Positions 1-9,106 of a stretch of 64,000 bases of DNA are shown piece after piece; within the stretch, counting starts at the first letter, position 1; every line of letters begins with the position of its first letter. The position numbers were made by a program, and so were the translations under genes. Below the pieces are notes generated by a model. It was given only the letters and a program-made list of their open reading frames with translations, did not search any database and was not told where the DNA came from. This DNA is from an uncultured Acidobacteriota bacterium. GTDB lineage: Bacteria > Acidobacteriota > Thermoanaerobaculia > UBA5066. The stretch spans positions 1,056,001-1,120,000 of the forward strand of contig CAVZYA010000002.1 in the NCBI GenBank assembly GCA_963779415.1, read 5' to 3'.

Positions 1-700
1 AAGGACATCGAACTGGTGGAGTTCCCCTACGCGGATGACTGGTACAACGATCCGAAGATGCTGGATCCGATGGAGAATCCGTCCGAATTGTGGCTGAAGC
101 GCGACCACAAGCGCGACCTCGCCTTCCGTCCGTTGGAAACGGCCCTGGAAAAGGGCGTCATCGATGCGCTCTATTGTCAAAGCAAAGTGTTGAGCGTTCT
201 CGCCGAGGCAACCGGCAACTTCGTGTCCATTGAGGATTTGTCGAGGTATCCGGACTGGCGCCTGCAGGTGGCCAACATCCCGGCCGCGATCACGTGCAGC
301 GACGTGATGGCCGAGAAGCACCCCGAGCTGGCCGTCACGTTCATGAAGGGCATGATCAAGGTGGGGCGCTGGGCCAACGAGCACAAGCACGCGGCGGCGG
401 CGATCCTCGACAAGCAGACGTTTTACCTCGACGTCGAGGACACCTACCGGGGCATCAGAGACGTCGACATGGTGCCCAACCTGTCGCCGCAGAACCTGGC
501 CTCCGTGGAGATCGGGAAGAACTTCATGCTGAAGCATGGCTACATCAAGCGCGACTTCGACGTGCAGAAGTGGGCGGCTCCGGAGTTTCTCGAGCAGGCG
601 GCGCGGGAGCTCCTCGAAGCGCAGTGGAAGAAGACGACCACGGCGAAGCTCCCCGCGACGACTGAGCTGCAGGCGGCTTCCGCGGCGGGTCGGCTCGAGT
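1..700 (+). CDS. SsuA/THI5-fold substrate-binding-like protein, DszB (arylsulfinate desulfinase)-like; C-terminal part only, 3' end blurred by an indel
   Basis: The frame is open from the window edge. The C-terminus (..KHPELAVTFMKGMIKVGRWANEH..MVPNLS..NFMLKHGYIKRDFDVQKWAAPEFL) matches the SsuA/DszB-type class II binding-protein C-terminus as recalled (DszB ends ..DQWAAPEFL). The natural stop near 690-700 appears lost through extra bases. Confidence 0.6.
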
Positions 701-718
701 CGGAAGGGAGACAGATCC

Positions 719-2416
719 ATGAAAGTCATCATCGTGGGCGGAGTGGCGGGCGGAGCGTCGTGCGCGGCGCGGCTGCGCCGGCTGGACGAGAAGGCCGAGA
801 TCGTGATGGTGGAACGCGGGCCGTACCTCTCATACGCCAACTGCGGGCTGCCGTACCACGTCTCGGGCGTGATCGCCGAAGGAGTCGAGCCTCCTCGTGG
901 CCAACGAGCAGTACTTCAAGGCGAACCTCGGCGATCGACGCGCGGACGAACTGCGAGGCGGTCTCGATCGACCGGAAGAAGAAGACCGTCGGCCTGAAGA
1001 ACGTCAAGACCGGCGAGGTGACGACGGAGAAGTACGACAAGCTCGTCCTCTCGCCCGGGGCGCCTTCGGTCCGTCCGCCGCTTCCGGGGATCGACCTGCC
1101 CGGGATCTTCCAGGTGCGGACCGTGCCCGACGCGCGGGCGATCAAGGAGTGGATCGAGAAGGGGACGGTGTTCCTCGCCGGAATGTCCAACTACTCCGGG
1201 ATCCAGTTCGTCAAGCCGCCACGGCGCGCCGTCGTGATCGGCGGCGGGTTCATCGGCCTCGAGACGGCGGAGAACCTGATCCACGCGGGGTTCGAGGTGA
1301 CGCTCGTCGAGATGCTCGACCAGGTCCTCGCCCCGCTCGACCGCGAGTTCGCCCACCTCGTCGAGGAGCACCTGAAGAGGCACGGCATGACGGTCGCCCT
1401 CGGCGACGGCGTGGCCGGATTCACGCAGCTGGCGGGGGGCGCGATCGAGGTGAAGACGAAGTCCGGCAAGACGTACCCGGCCGACGTCGTGATCCTCGCC
1501 CTCGGCGTCCGGCCGGACACGACGCTCGCGAAGGCCGCCGGGCTCGAGATCGGCGAGCGCGGAGGGATCCGCGTCGACGACCAGATGCACACGAGCGACC
1601 CGGACATCTTCGCCGTCGGCGACGCCGTCGAGGTCAAGGACTGGGTGACGGGGCAGTGGAGCCTCGTGGCGCTCGCCGGGCCGGCGAACCGGCAGGGGCG
1701 GATCGCGGCCGACGTGATCGCCGGGCGCAAGTCCCGCTACCGCGGCACGCAGGGGACCTCGATCATCGGGCTCTTCGGCGGCGCCGCCGCCTGGACCGGC
1801 GTCAGCGAGAAGACGCTGAAGAAGAGCGGCGACACGGACTACGAGAAGATCTACATCTTCCCGAACTCGCACGCCGGCTACTACCCGGGCGCCAGGCTGA
1901 TCGGGCTGAAGTTCATCTTCCGGAAGTCCGACGGGCGGGTCCTCGGGGCGCAGGCGATCGGCGAGGACGCACCGGCGGTGGACAAGCGGATCAGCGCCCT
2001 CGCGATGGCCCTCCAGATGAAGGCGACGATCTACGACCTCGAGGAGGCCGAGCTCTGCTACGCGCCCCAGTTCGGCAGCGCGAAGGACGCGGTGAACTTC
2101 GCCGGGATGGTCGCGGCGGACGTCCTCCATGGGGACATGCCGCTCGCCCACTGGGACGAGACGAGAGGCGCGTTCCTCCTCGACGTGCGCCTGCCGGTCG
2201 AGCTCGTCGTCGAGAGCGTCCCCGGCGCCGTCAACATCCCGCTCCACCTGCTCCGCGCCCGCCTCGGCGAGGCTTCCGAAGGACCGGGAGATCCTCGTCA
2301 TCTGCCGCTCCGCCCAGCGCGCCTACTACGCGACGCGGGTCCTCCTGCAGAACGGATTCAAGGCCCGGAACATCTCGGGCGGCATGCTGTCGCGGGCCAT
2401 GCTTTCACCGCAGTAG
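719..2416 (+). CDS. CoA-disulfide/NADH persulfide reductase with C-terminal rhodanese domain (CoADR-RHD/Npsr-like), split by apparent frameshifts
   Basis: MKVIIVGGVAGGASCAARLRRL (FAD), SYANCGLPY redox Cys, GGGFIGLE (NADH), TSDPDIFAVGD, ELCYAPQF, rhodanese loop VICRSAQR. Pieces lie in different frames, with shifts near 880, 935 and 2270. Confidence 0.85.
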
Positions 2417-2449
2417 CAAGACACTGAACAAGGAATAGGAGAACAAACG

Positions 2450-4870
2450 ATGACAACCGCAGCTGCTTCCGAGAAGAGCACCACCGGCCGCGTCAAGGCC
2501 GACAGCGCCCGGATCGACCGGCTGAAAGAACAGCTCCTGAGCACGCCTCAGGCACTGGACAACGAGCGGGTCCGGATCATGGCGGAGGTCTACGAGGGAA
2601 CCGCCGGATACCAGCAGATCATCCGCAGGGCCAAGTTCTTCTCCGAGCTGATCGAGAGGAAGAAGCTCTACATCGACGAGAACCTCATCGTCGGCAGCAT
2701 GGCGAGCAGCGTGAACGCCGTCTACACGTACCCGGAGTGGAACGTGGAGTGGATGAAGGCAGAGAAGACCGTCGAGAAATCGAAGACCCCGGAAGACCGC
2801 AAGGCGAACCAGTGGGCGCTCGAGTACTGGGACAAGTGGGCGCTGCGCCCGCGGGCCGACGAGATCTTCATCAAGAAGTACGGCTTCGATCCGGACCCGG
2901 TCTACAAGGCGGGCCTCATCGCCGAGTTCATGTCCTGGCCAGGTGGCGGAGGCAACCTCAACTATCCCCGGGTCTACCGGGAGGGCCTCGCCAGCATGAT
3001 CAAGGAGGTCGAGGAGCGGCAGAAGGCCCTCGACATGCGGCTGCCGAACGCGCCCAAGTTCTACTTCTACGAGGCCTGCCTGATCACGATGACGGCCGTC
3101 ATCCGGCTGGCCAACCGCTACGCCGAGCTGGCCCGGGAGATGGCGGCCAAGGAGAAGAACGCGGACCGCAAGGCCGAGCTCATTGGCATCGCCGAGACCT
3201 GCAAGTGGGTGCCTGAGCATCCTGCCCGTAATCTGAGAGAAGCGATCCAGGCTCATTTCTTCTGTCATATCTGCGCAGAGATCGAGCAGGTGGGTTGCGG
3301 CTACTCGGAGGCCTACCTGGGCCAGAACCTCGAGCCGTTCTACCAGCGTGACAAGGCCGCGGGGCTGATCGGTCCCGATGAGGCGACCTACCTGCTGCAG
3401 CTGCTCTTCGTCAAGCTGAACGAGATCGGGTACTACTACGGAGAGCAGGTGGCTCTGCAGAACTCCGCCGACCTTGGCCAGAGCATCACGGTCGGCGGCT
3501 ACACCGAAGACGGAGACGATGCCACCGCGGAGATGGACTACAACATTCTCGACGCCGCGAAGTACCTGAAGCTGCCCCAGCCGCCCCTCTCCTGCTGCTA
3601 CACGGAGAAGATGAGCGGCAAGTTCCTGGAGAAGGTCCTCGACGTCATCGACACCGGCGTCGGCATGCCGCAGTTCGTGAACGGCGACGTGATGATCAAG
3701 CGGGCCCTCAACCTCTTCGCAGGGAGCAAGAACGGTCTCACGCTCGAGAAGGCACGACGGACCTGTATCGGCGCGTGCGTGGGAAGCTACATCCCGTACG
3801 AGACCGGGCATCCGGTGGAGGGGCAGCCGAACCTCGGAAAGGTCCTCGAGCTGACGCTGAACAACGGCTTCGACCCCCGGACCAAGGTGCAGATCGGCCC
3901 CAAGACCGGGGATCCCGAGAAGTTCAAGGACTTCGAGGAGCTGTACGCGGCTTTCGAAAAGCAGCTCCAGTTCTGCGAGGACACGCTCCGCCGCGAGGCA
4001 TGGATCGCGAGCATCCTCTGCGCCGAATACCTTCCCGTCGCCTGGCGCTCCATCCTGACGAAGGGGTGCATCGAGAGCGGAACCGAGGTCTGGAACGGCG
4101 GCGCCAACTACTACACGGTTGCCCAGATCACCGTCGGTGGCGTGGACGCCGCCAACGGGCTCATGGCGGTGAAGAAGCTGGTGTACGACGACAAGAAGCT
4201 GACGATGGCCGAGCTGAAGAAGGCGCTGGCGGCGAACTTCGAGGGCGAGTACGAGAAGGTCCGGAAGCTCTGCTACGAGGCCCCCAAGCACGGAAACGAC
4301 ATCCCCGAGGTCAACAAGTTCGTTCGCCGTGTGTACAACTCCATCTTCCAGGCGTTCCAGAACGTGGACGGCGGCGGTAACTACATCAGCCCGGACATCA
4401 GATCGGCCCCCGACTCCTACACCAAGAGCATCCACAACCTGATGGGTCTGGTGACGGGCGCCCTGCCGACCGGCAAGAAGGCCGGCGTAGCCCTCTGCGA
4501 TGGCAGCCTGTCCGCCATGCCCGGCACCGACGTCAACGGGCCGACCGCGCTGGTCATGTCCGCGGCAAAGGGCGCGGACGCGGTCAAGTTCACCGCGACG
4601 CACATGAACATGAAGCTCCCTCCCAACCAGCTCAAGACCCGCAAGGGCCGAGAGACCCTGCTGAACCTCGTCAAGACCTATATGGACAACGACGGCTATC
4701 ACATCCAGTTCAACGTGCTGGACACCAACATCCTGAAGGACGCGCAGAAGCACCCGGAGAAGTACCGCGACCTGGTCGTGCGGGTGGCGGGGTTCAGCGC
4801 CTTCTTCACGAAGCTGCACCCGGGTGTGCAGAACGAGATCATCGCCCGCACCGAGCAGAGCTTCGGTTGA
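2450..4870 (+). CDS. Glycyl radical enzyme, uncharacterised; resembles the arylacetate-decarboxylase clade rather than PFL
   Basis: 806 aa with RBS AGGAGA. Glycyl loop RVAGFSAFF (Gly781), HIQFNV, KHGND. Cys loop RRTCIGACVGSY (Cys443) lacks both the PFL CC pair and the eliminase CVE motif. Confidence 0.92.
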   Translation: MTTAAASEKSTTGRVKADSARIDRLKEQLLSTPQALDNERVRIMAEVYEGTAGYQQIIRRAKFFSELIERKKLYIDENLIVGSMASSVNAVYTYPEWNVEWMKAEKTVEKSKTPEDRKANQWALEYWDKWALRPRADEIFIKKYGFDPDPVYKAGLIAEFMSWPGGGGNLNYPRVYREGLASMIKEVEERQKALDMRLPNAPKFYFYEACLITMTAVIRLANRYAELAREMAAKEKNADRKAELIGIAETCKWVPEHPARNLREAIQAHFFCHICAEIEQVGCGYSEAYLGQNLEPFYQRDKAAGLIGPDEATYLLQLLFVKLNEIGYYYGEQVALQNSADLGQSITVGGYTEDGDDATAEMDYNILDAAKYLKLPQPPLSCCYTEKMSGKFLEKVLDVIDTGVGMPQFVNGDVMIKRALNLFAGSKNGLTLEKARRTCIGACVGSYIPYETGHPVEGQPNLGKVLELTLNNGFDPRTKVQIGPKTGDPEKFKDFEELYAAFEKQLQFCEDTLRREAWIASILCAEYLPVAWRSILTKGCIESGTEVWNGGANYYTVAQITVGGVDAANGLMAVKKLVYDDKKLTMAELKKALAANFEGEYEKVRKLCYEAPKHGNDIPEVNKFVRRVYNSIFQAFQNVDGGGNYISPDIRSAPDSYTKSIHNLMGLVTGALPTGKKAGVALCDGSLSAMPGTDVNGPTALVMSAAKGADAVKFTATHMNMKLPPNQLKTRKGRETLLNLVKTYMDNDGYHIQFNVLDTNILKDAQKHPEKYRDLVVRVAGFSAFFTKLHPGVQNEIIARTEQSFG

Positions 4871-4881
4871 CATTCAGCGGA

Positions 4882-4918
4882 GCCGGTACAGTGGGGCGGC
4901 CCGCCCCGCCGTACCGGC
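4882..4918 (+). terminator. Strong GC hairpin after the GRE gene (intercistronic stabiliser or weak terminator)
   Basis: GCCGGTACAGTGGGGCGG-C-CCGCCCCGCCGTACCGGC inverted repeat about 11 nt after the stop; no real U-tract. Confidence 0.55.
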
Positions 4919-5027
4919 CCATTCTTCACGAGCAGCCCGGCACGGTTGGACGAAGGACGACGACGGACAGCGACCGCACGAACACGAGAGGCAATTTGTG
5001 ATCAAAGAGATCGGCCATGGGAGTTTC

Positions 5028-6173
5028 ATGAGACGCATCGCAATCAACGTCGGCGCTGGCTACGTCCCGGGGCTGAATGCCGTGGTCAAGGGCGCGGCCC
5101 TGGCGGCGGGCAGGATGGGATGGGAGATCGTCGGCATCCGGGACGGATTCGACGGGCTGCTGCACCCGGAGCGCTACCCGGACGGCGGCCTGCTGACCCT
5201 CAGCCCCGAGCTGGTCGAGAACATCGATCCGGCCGGCGGGGGCTTCCTGGGCCAGTCGGGCCGGGTCGACCCGTTTCACGTCCGCCGGGTCAACGAAGAC
5301 GAGATGGTCGAGGAAGTCGACATGTCCGACGAGCTCCTTGCCGCGTTCCGGAAGGAGCAGCTCGATGCGCTGATCTCCGTCGTCGGGGGGCGCGGGCTGA
5401 GCATCCTCTACAAGCTCCACCGCAAGGGGCTCCATACGGTCTGCGTCCCCCGGTCGATCGAGAACGACATCGCCGCGACCGCGGTCTCTTTCGGCTTCAA
5501 CAGCGCGCTCAGCTTCACCATCGAGATGCTGGACCGGGCCCGTCAGGCGGCCCAGGCGGCCCGCAAGATCGGGGTGGTGGAGGTCCTGGGAGAGCAGTCC
5601 GGGTGGGTAGCGCTCCAGGCTGCCATCGCCGTCTGCGCCGATGCGGTCCTGATTCCCGAGATCCTCTGCGACCTCAAGGTGGTGGCGTCGCGGCTGAAGG
5701 ACAAGGTGTCGCTCCGGAGGCCGTACGGCCTGGTGGTGGTGGCCGAAGGGGCCAGGTTCCTCGAGACCTCGAAAGCCGAGGCGAAGCCTTCCTCCCTCAA
5801 GGCCTCTCTGTCGCCGCTGGCGACCGGGGATGCCAGCGAGCACGTCATCCACAGGTCGGGTCAGGCCGCCGAGAAGGTGGCGAACGGGCTGCAGCTTCTG
5901 CTCGCCGAGGAAACCTATCCGCTCGTCCTGGGGCCCTGGGTCAGGGGCGGCACTCCGACCGCGGTCGACCGCCAGCTGGGCCTCGGTTACGGGGCCGGAG
6001 CCGTGCGCGCCCTGAAGGCCGGCAAGAACGGGATGATGGTGGCGTTCGTTCCCCCGGACATGAAGTTCGTGCCGCTGACGGAAGCGATCAACAAGGTCAG
6101 GACCGTACCTGCGGACAGCGAGTTCATGCAGATCGCCCAGAGCCTCGGCATCTGCCTCGGGAAGGAGCTGTGA
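5028..6173 (+). CDS. 6-phosphofructokinase (PfkA)-fold protein with degenerate catalytic motifs
   Basis: The Pfk layout is retained (PGLNAVV, GIRDGFDGL, SFGFNSA, VVVAEGA, RGGTPTAVDR). Key motifs are changed: GGD->GAGY, GGDGS->GGRGL, KTIDND->RSIEND, MGR->LGE, GHxQRGG->GPWVRGG. Alternative GTG start at 4998. Confidence 0.8.
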   Translation: MRRIAINVGAGYVPGLNAVVKGAALAAGRMGWEIVGIRDGFDGLLHPERYPDGGLLTLSPELVENIDPAGGGFLGQSGRVDPFHVRRVNEDEMVEEVDMSDELLAAFRKEQLDALISVVGGRGLSILYKLHRKGLHTVCVPRSIENDIAATAVSFGFNSALSFTIEMLDRARQAAQAARKIGVVEVLGEQSGWVALQAAIAVCADAVLIPEILCDLKVVASRLKDKVSLRRPYGLVVVAEGARFLETSKAEAKPSSLKASLSPLATGDASEHVIHRSGQAAEKVANGLQLLLAEETYPLVLGPWVRGGTPTAVDRQLGLGYGAGAVRALKAGKNGMMVAFVPPDMKFVPLTEAINKVRTVPADSEFMQIAQSLGICLGKEL

Positions 6174-7135
6174 TGAGCACGCCCGTGAACCCATCCGCTC
6201 CGACCGGCTTCGTTCTGAACATCCAGCGCTATTGCAGTCACGACGGCCCGGGTATCCGCACGAACGTATTCCTCAAGGGTTGCTCGCTCCGCTGCAAGTG
6301 GTGCGGCAACCCCGAGAGCATCGCCTTCAAGCCCGAACTCTCCTACGACCCCAGGAAGTGCACCGGCAGGAAGGAATGCGGCGTCTGCCTGAAGCCTCCC
6401 TTCCCGGAAGGCGCCTTCTATGTGCCGGAAAACGCTGCCGACGACAAGGTCAAGGTCAACTGGGACCTGGCGACGGGCTGCGACGAGGCGATGGTCGCGC
6501 TGTGCGAGCCGGGCGCTCTCGAGATGTTCGGCAAGCGAATGACGGTGGACGAGGTCCTGGACGAGGTAGAGAAGGACAGCTCCTTCTACCGGAACACCGG
6601 GGGTGGCATGACGCTGAGTGGCGGCGAGTGCCTGCTGCAGCCGGACTTCGCGGCCGCCCTGCTGAAGGGGGCCCACGACCGCGGCTTCAACACGGCGATC
6701 GAAACGGCGTGCAACGTTCCCTGGGCGTACGTGGAGAAGGTGCTGCCCCACGTCGATACCGTCCTCCACGACCACAAGATGACGATCCCGGAGCGCCACA
6801 AGAAGTGGGTCGGAGTGAGTAACGAGCGGATCCTCACGAACTTCAAGAGAGCCTACGAGACGTTTCCAAACGCGGACTTCATCGCCAGGACGCCGCTGAT
6901 TCCGGGCATAAACGCCGACGAGGAGCACATCCGGGCCGTCCTGGCGTTCATTCGCCCGCACAAGAACGTCATCGACTACGAGCTGCTGCCGTACCACCGC
7001 TTCGGCCTCGGCAAGTACGAGCTGCTGGGCGAGGTGTACGAGCTGGACGACTACAAGACGCCGTCGGACGACTTGGTCAAGCACCTCCAGGCCATCATCG
7101 ACGAGGCCTTCGGCCGCAGCGGAGGCACCAAGTGA
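6173..7135 (+). CDS. Glycyl-radical enzyme activating protein (radical SAM)
   Basis: HDGPGIRTNVFLKGCSLRCKWCGNPES, GGMTLSGGE, AIETAC, ELLPYHRFG. The start overlaps the pfk-like stop (TGATG). Confidence 0.93.
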   Translation: MSTPVNPSAPTGFVLNIQRYCSHDGPGIRTNVFLKGCSLRCKWCGNPESIAFKPELSYDPRKCTGRKECGVCLKPPFPEGAFYVPENAADDKVKVNWDLATGCDEAMVALCEPGALEMFGKRMTVDEVLDEVEKDSSFYRNTGGGMTLSGGECLLQPDFAAALLKGAHDRGFNTAIETACNVPWAYVEKVLPHVDTVLHDHKMTIPERHKKWVGVSNERILTNFKRAYETFPNADFIARTPLIPGINADEEHIRAVLAFIRPHKNVIDYELLPYHRFGLGKYELLGEVYELDDYKTPSDDLVKHLQAIIDEAFGRSGGTK

Positions 7136-8280
7136 CACCTAACGAAGACATCTACGAAAGGCTGGCGGCGGCGCTGGAGGCGCTCCCGCACGGCTTCGCC
7201 CGCACGCCTTCGGGCGTGGAGATCAAGTTGATGAAGAAGGCCTTCACGGAGGAGGAGGTCCGGTTGGCCGGCCAACTCACCCGCACCCCCGAAACGGCTG
7301 CCGAGATCGCCAAGCGGTTGGGCCGGGATGTGGCCGAGGTCACCGCGCTGCTCGAGAGGCTGATTCCGCTGGGCCTGGTCTCGCTTCCCGGAAACACGGC
7401 GGGGGGGGGCGTTCTGAAAGAGGAAATGAAAGGCGAGAGGAGATACCGGCTGCGCCCGTTCATGGTGGGCTGGTACGAGGCCGGCATGCGCCGCCTTGAC
7501 AAGGAGTTCGCCGAGCTGTTCGAGCAGTTCATCACCGAAGGCGGGGGCGAGCGTGTCTTCGCGCCGCGACCGGGACTGCTGGGCGTGGTGCCGGTGCGAG
7601 GTTCGCTCAAGCCCGAGTATGTCAAGCGCGAGCCGCATATAGACATTGACGCCCACTTCCAGCGGCACGAGCGCTTTCTCGTCATCCCCTGCGTCTGCAA
7701 ACGGGAGCGGGAAGTCCTGGGGGACTCGTCCTGCGGGAAGCCCATGAAGCGTTGTGGATTCGTGGGACTGCCGCCCCAGACCCCGCTGGGCGAGACCGTG
7801 CTGGGCCGGGAGGAGGCGTCCAAGCTCCTCACCGAGCTCGGCGAGCAGGGTCACGTCAACCTCGCGTTCTACGGCTTCACCATGTTCGCGGATGCGCCGC
7901 AGTTCATGGGCACGTGCAACTGCTGCTCCTGCTGCTGCGGGATACTCCACGGCCCGAAGCTGGCCGGCCTGGAGTCCCACCAAGGGCCGCAGCCGTCGAA
8001 CTTCCGCGCTGTCATCGACCCGGAGGCGTGCATTGCATGCGGCGTCTGCCAGGAGCGTTGTCCGGTGGACGCGATCTCCGACATCACGGAGCCGGGCCCG
8101 ATCGAGGGGAAGTCACGCGTAGAGCGGGCAAAGTGCATCGGATGCGGAGTGTGCGTGATCGGCTGCGCATCCGACGCGATTGTGATGGAGCCGGTCTCCC
8201 CGGAGGAGTGGTTCCACGTCCCCTCCAGCATGGCGGAGTGGGAAGAGATGCGGCTGAAGAACTTGGCGTCACAGAAATGA
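7132..8280 (+). CDS. Fe-S protein: N-terminal HTH-like region, Cys-rich core, C-terminal 2x[4Fe-4S] ferredoxin
   Basis: PCVCK..C..C, CNCCSCCC, CIACGVCQERCP and CIGCGVCVIGCAS; GTGA overlap with the activase stop. Confidence 0.8.
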   Translation: MTPNEDIYERLAAALEALPHGFARTPSGVEIKLMKKAFTEEEVRLAGQLTRTPETAAEIAKRLGRDVAEVTALLERLIPLGLVSLPGNTAGGGVLKEEMKGERRYRLRPFMVGWYEAGMRRLDKEFAELFEQFITEGGGERVFAPRPGLLGVVPVRGSLKPEYVKREPHIDIDAHFQRHERFLVIPCVCKREREVLGDSSCGKPMKRCGFVGLPPQTPLGETVLGREEASKLLTELGEQGHVNLAFYGFTMFADAPQFMGTCNCCSCCCGILHGPKLAGLESHQGPQPSNFRAVIDPEACIACGVCQERCPVDAISDITEPGPIEGKSRVERAKCIGCGVCVIGCASDAIVMEPVSPEEWFHVPSSMAEWEEMRLKNLASQK

Positions 8281-9086
8281 GCGGGTGCAGCGCCCTCCTC
8301 TCTGGTCTTGCCATCCTCCTTGCCGCGGCCTTGCCCGCTCCGGTGAGCGCCCAGACTCAAGCGGAACCCGGCGGAGTGACGGCCCAGACGGAGGCCGACG
8401 CGAACAACCCCCTCGCCAAAGTCCAGGCATTCAACCTCCACGACTACTACGTCCCGACGCTCTCGGAGACTCCGGACCAGACCGCCAACACGTTCTGGCT
8501 CCGGTACGCACAGCCGGTTGGAGGGTTCCTGATCCGGGCGTCGCTGCCGCTGTCCCGGGTACCGGCGGGCGACGGCACCACGACGTCCGGGCTCGGCGAC
8601 TTCAATGCCTTCGCCGCCTACCTGTTCGACACAAAGCCGGGAGTGAGCTTCGGCCTGGGGCCGCAGGTGACGGCCCCCACCGCGACGGCTCACGAGACCG
8701 GGACAGGGAAGTGGCAGGGCGGCCTCGCCGCGGTCTACTTCGACGCGACGTCGCAGAGGGTCCAGTGGGGCGGGCTCGTCACCTGGCAGGCGGACTTCGC
8801 CGGCCCTTCCAACCGGCCCGGTACGAACGTCCTCGCCGTCCAGCCCTTCTACTTCATCCAACTCGGAAAGGGACTGTACGTGAGGAGCACGGCGGTGATG
8901 GCCTTCAATCTGGAGAATGGCTCGTACAACGTGCCCGTCGGCCTCGGCCTCGGCATGGTGATCCCGGCGGGCCGGACGGTCCTCAACGCGTTCGTGGAGC
9001 CGCAGTTCACGGTTCTTTCGCATGGCCCCGGCCAGCCGGAAGTGCAGATCTTCGTCGGCCTTAACACGCAGTTTCTGAAGAAGTAG
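8277..9086 (+). CDS. Putative outer-membrane beta-barrel or uptake protein with signal peptide
   Basis: Signal peptide MSGCSALLSGLAILLAAALPAPVSA, then ANNPLA, SGLGD, GTGKWQGG, alternating amphipathic strands and C-terminal NTQF; ATGA overlap with the upstream gene. Confidence 0.6.
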   Translation: MSGCSALLSGLAILLAAALPAPVSAQTQAEPGGVTAQTEADANNPLAKVQAFNLHDYYVPTLSETPDQTANTFWLRYAQPVGGFLIRASLPLSRVPAGDGTTTSGLGDFNAFAAYLFDTKPGVSFGLGPQVTAPTATAHETGTGKWQGGLAAVYFDATSQRVQWGGLVTWQADFAGPSNRPGTNVLAVQPFYFIQLGKGLYVRSTAVMAFNLENGSYNVPVGLGLGMVIPAGRTVLNAFVEPQFTVLSHGPGQPEVQIFVGLNTQFLKK

Positions 9087-9106
9087 CAGGGATGAGGAGA
9101 TAGTCG

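Noticed and set aside
16-2427. 803-aa ORF suggesting a binding-protein/CoA-disulfide reductase fusion
   Set aside because: The linker is out-of-frame nonsense. The reductase has its own RBS and ATG at 719 in another frame, so the fusion is an indel artefact.
2450-4870. Annotation as pyruvate formate-lyase with glycolytic Pfk
   Set aside because: There is no Cys-Cys pair, the activase has a ferredoxin-type insert unlike PflA, and the Pfk motifs are degenerate.
2405-4873. Long antisense ORFs (822 aa here, and others opposite the Mo enzyme, zwf and acnA)
   Set aside because: These are expected shadows of high-GC3 coding strands, with no motifs or RBS.
4946-7135. 729-aa ORF implying a long N-terminal extension on the activase
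   Set aside because: The first ~410 codons are a shadow frame over the pfk-like gene; the real start is the coupled ATG at 6173.
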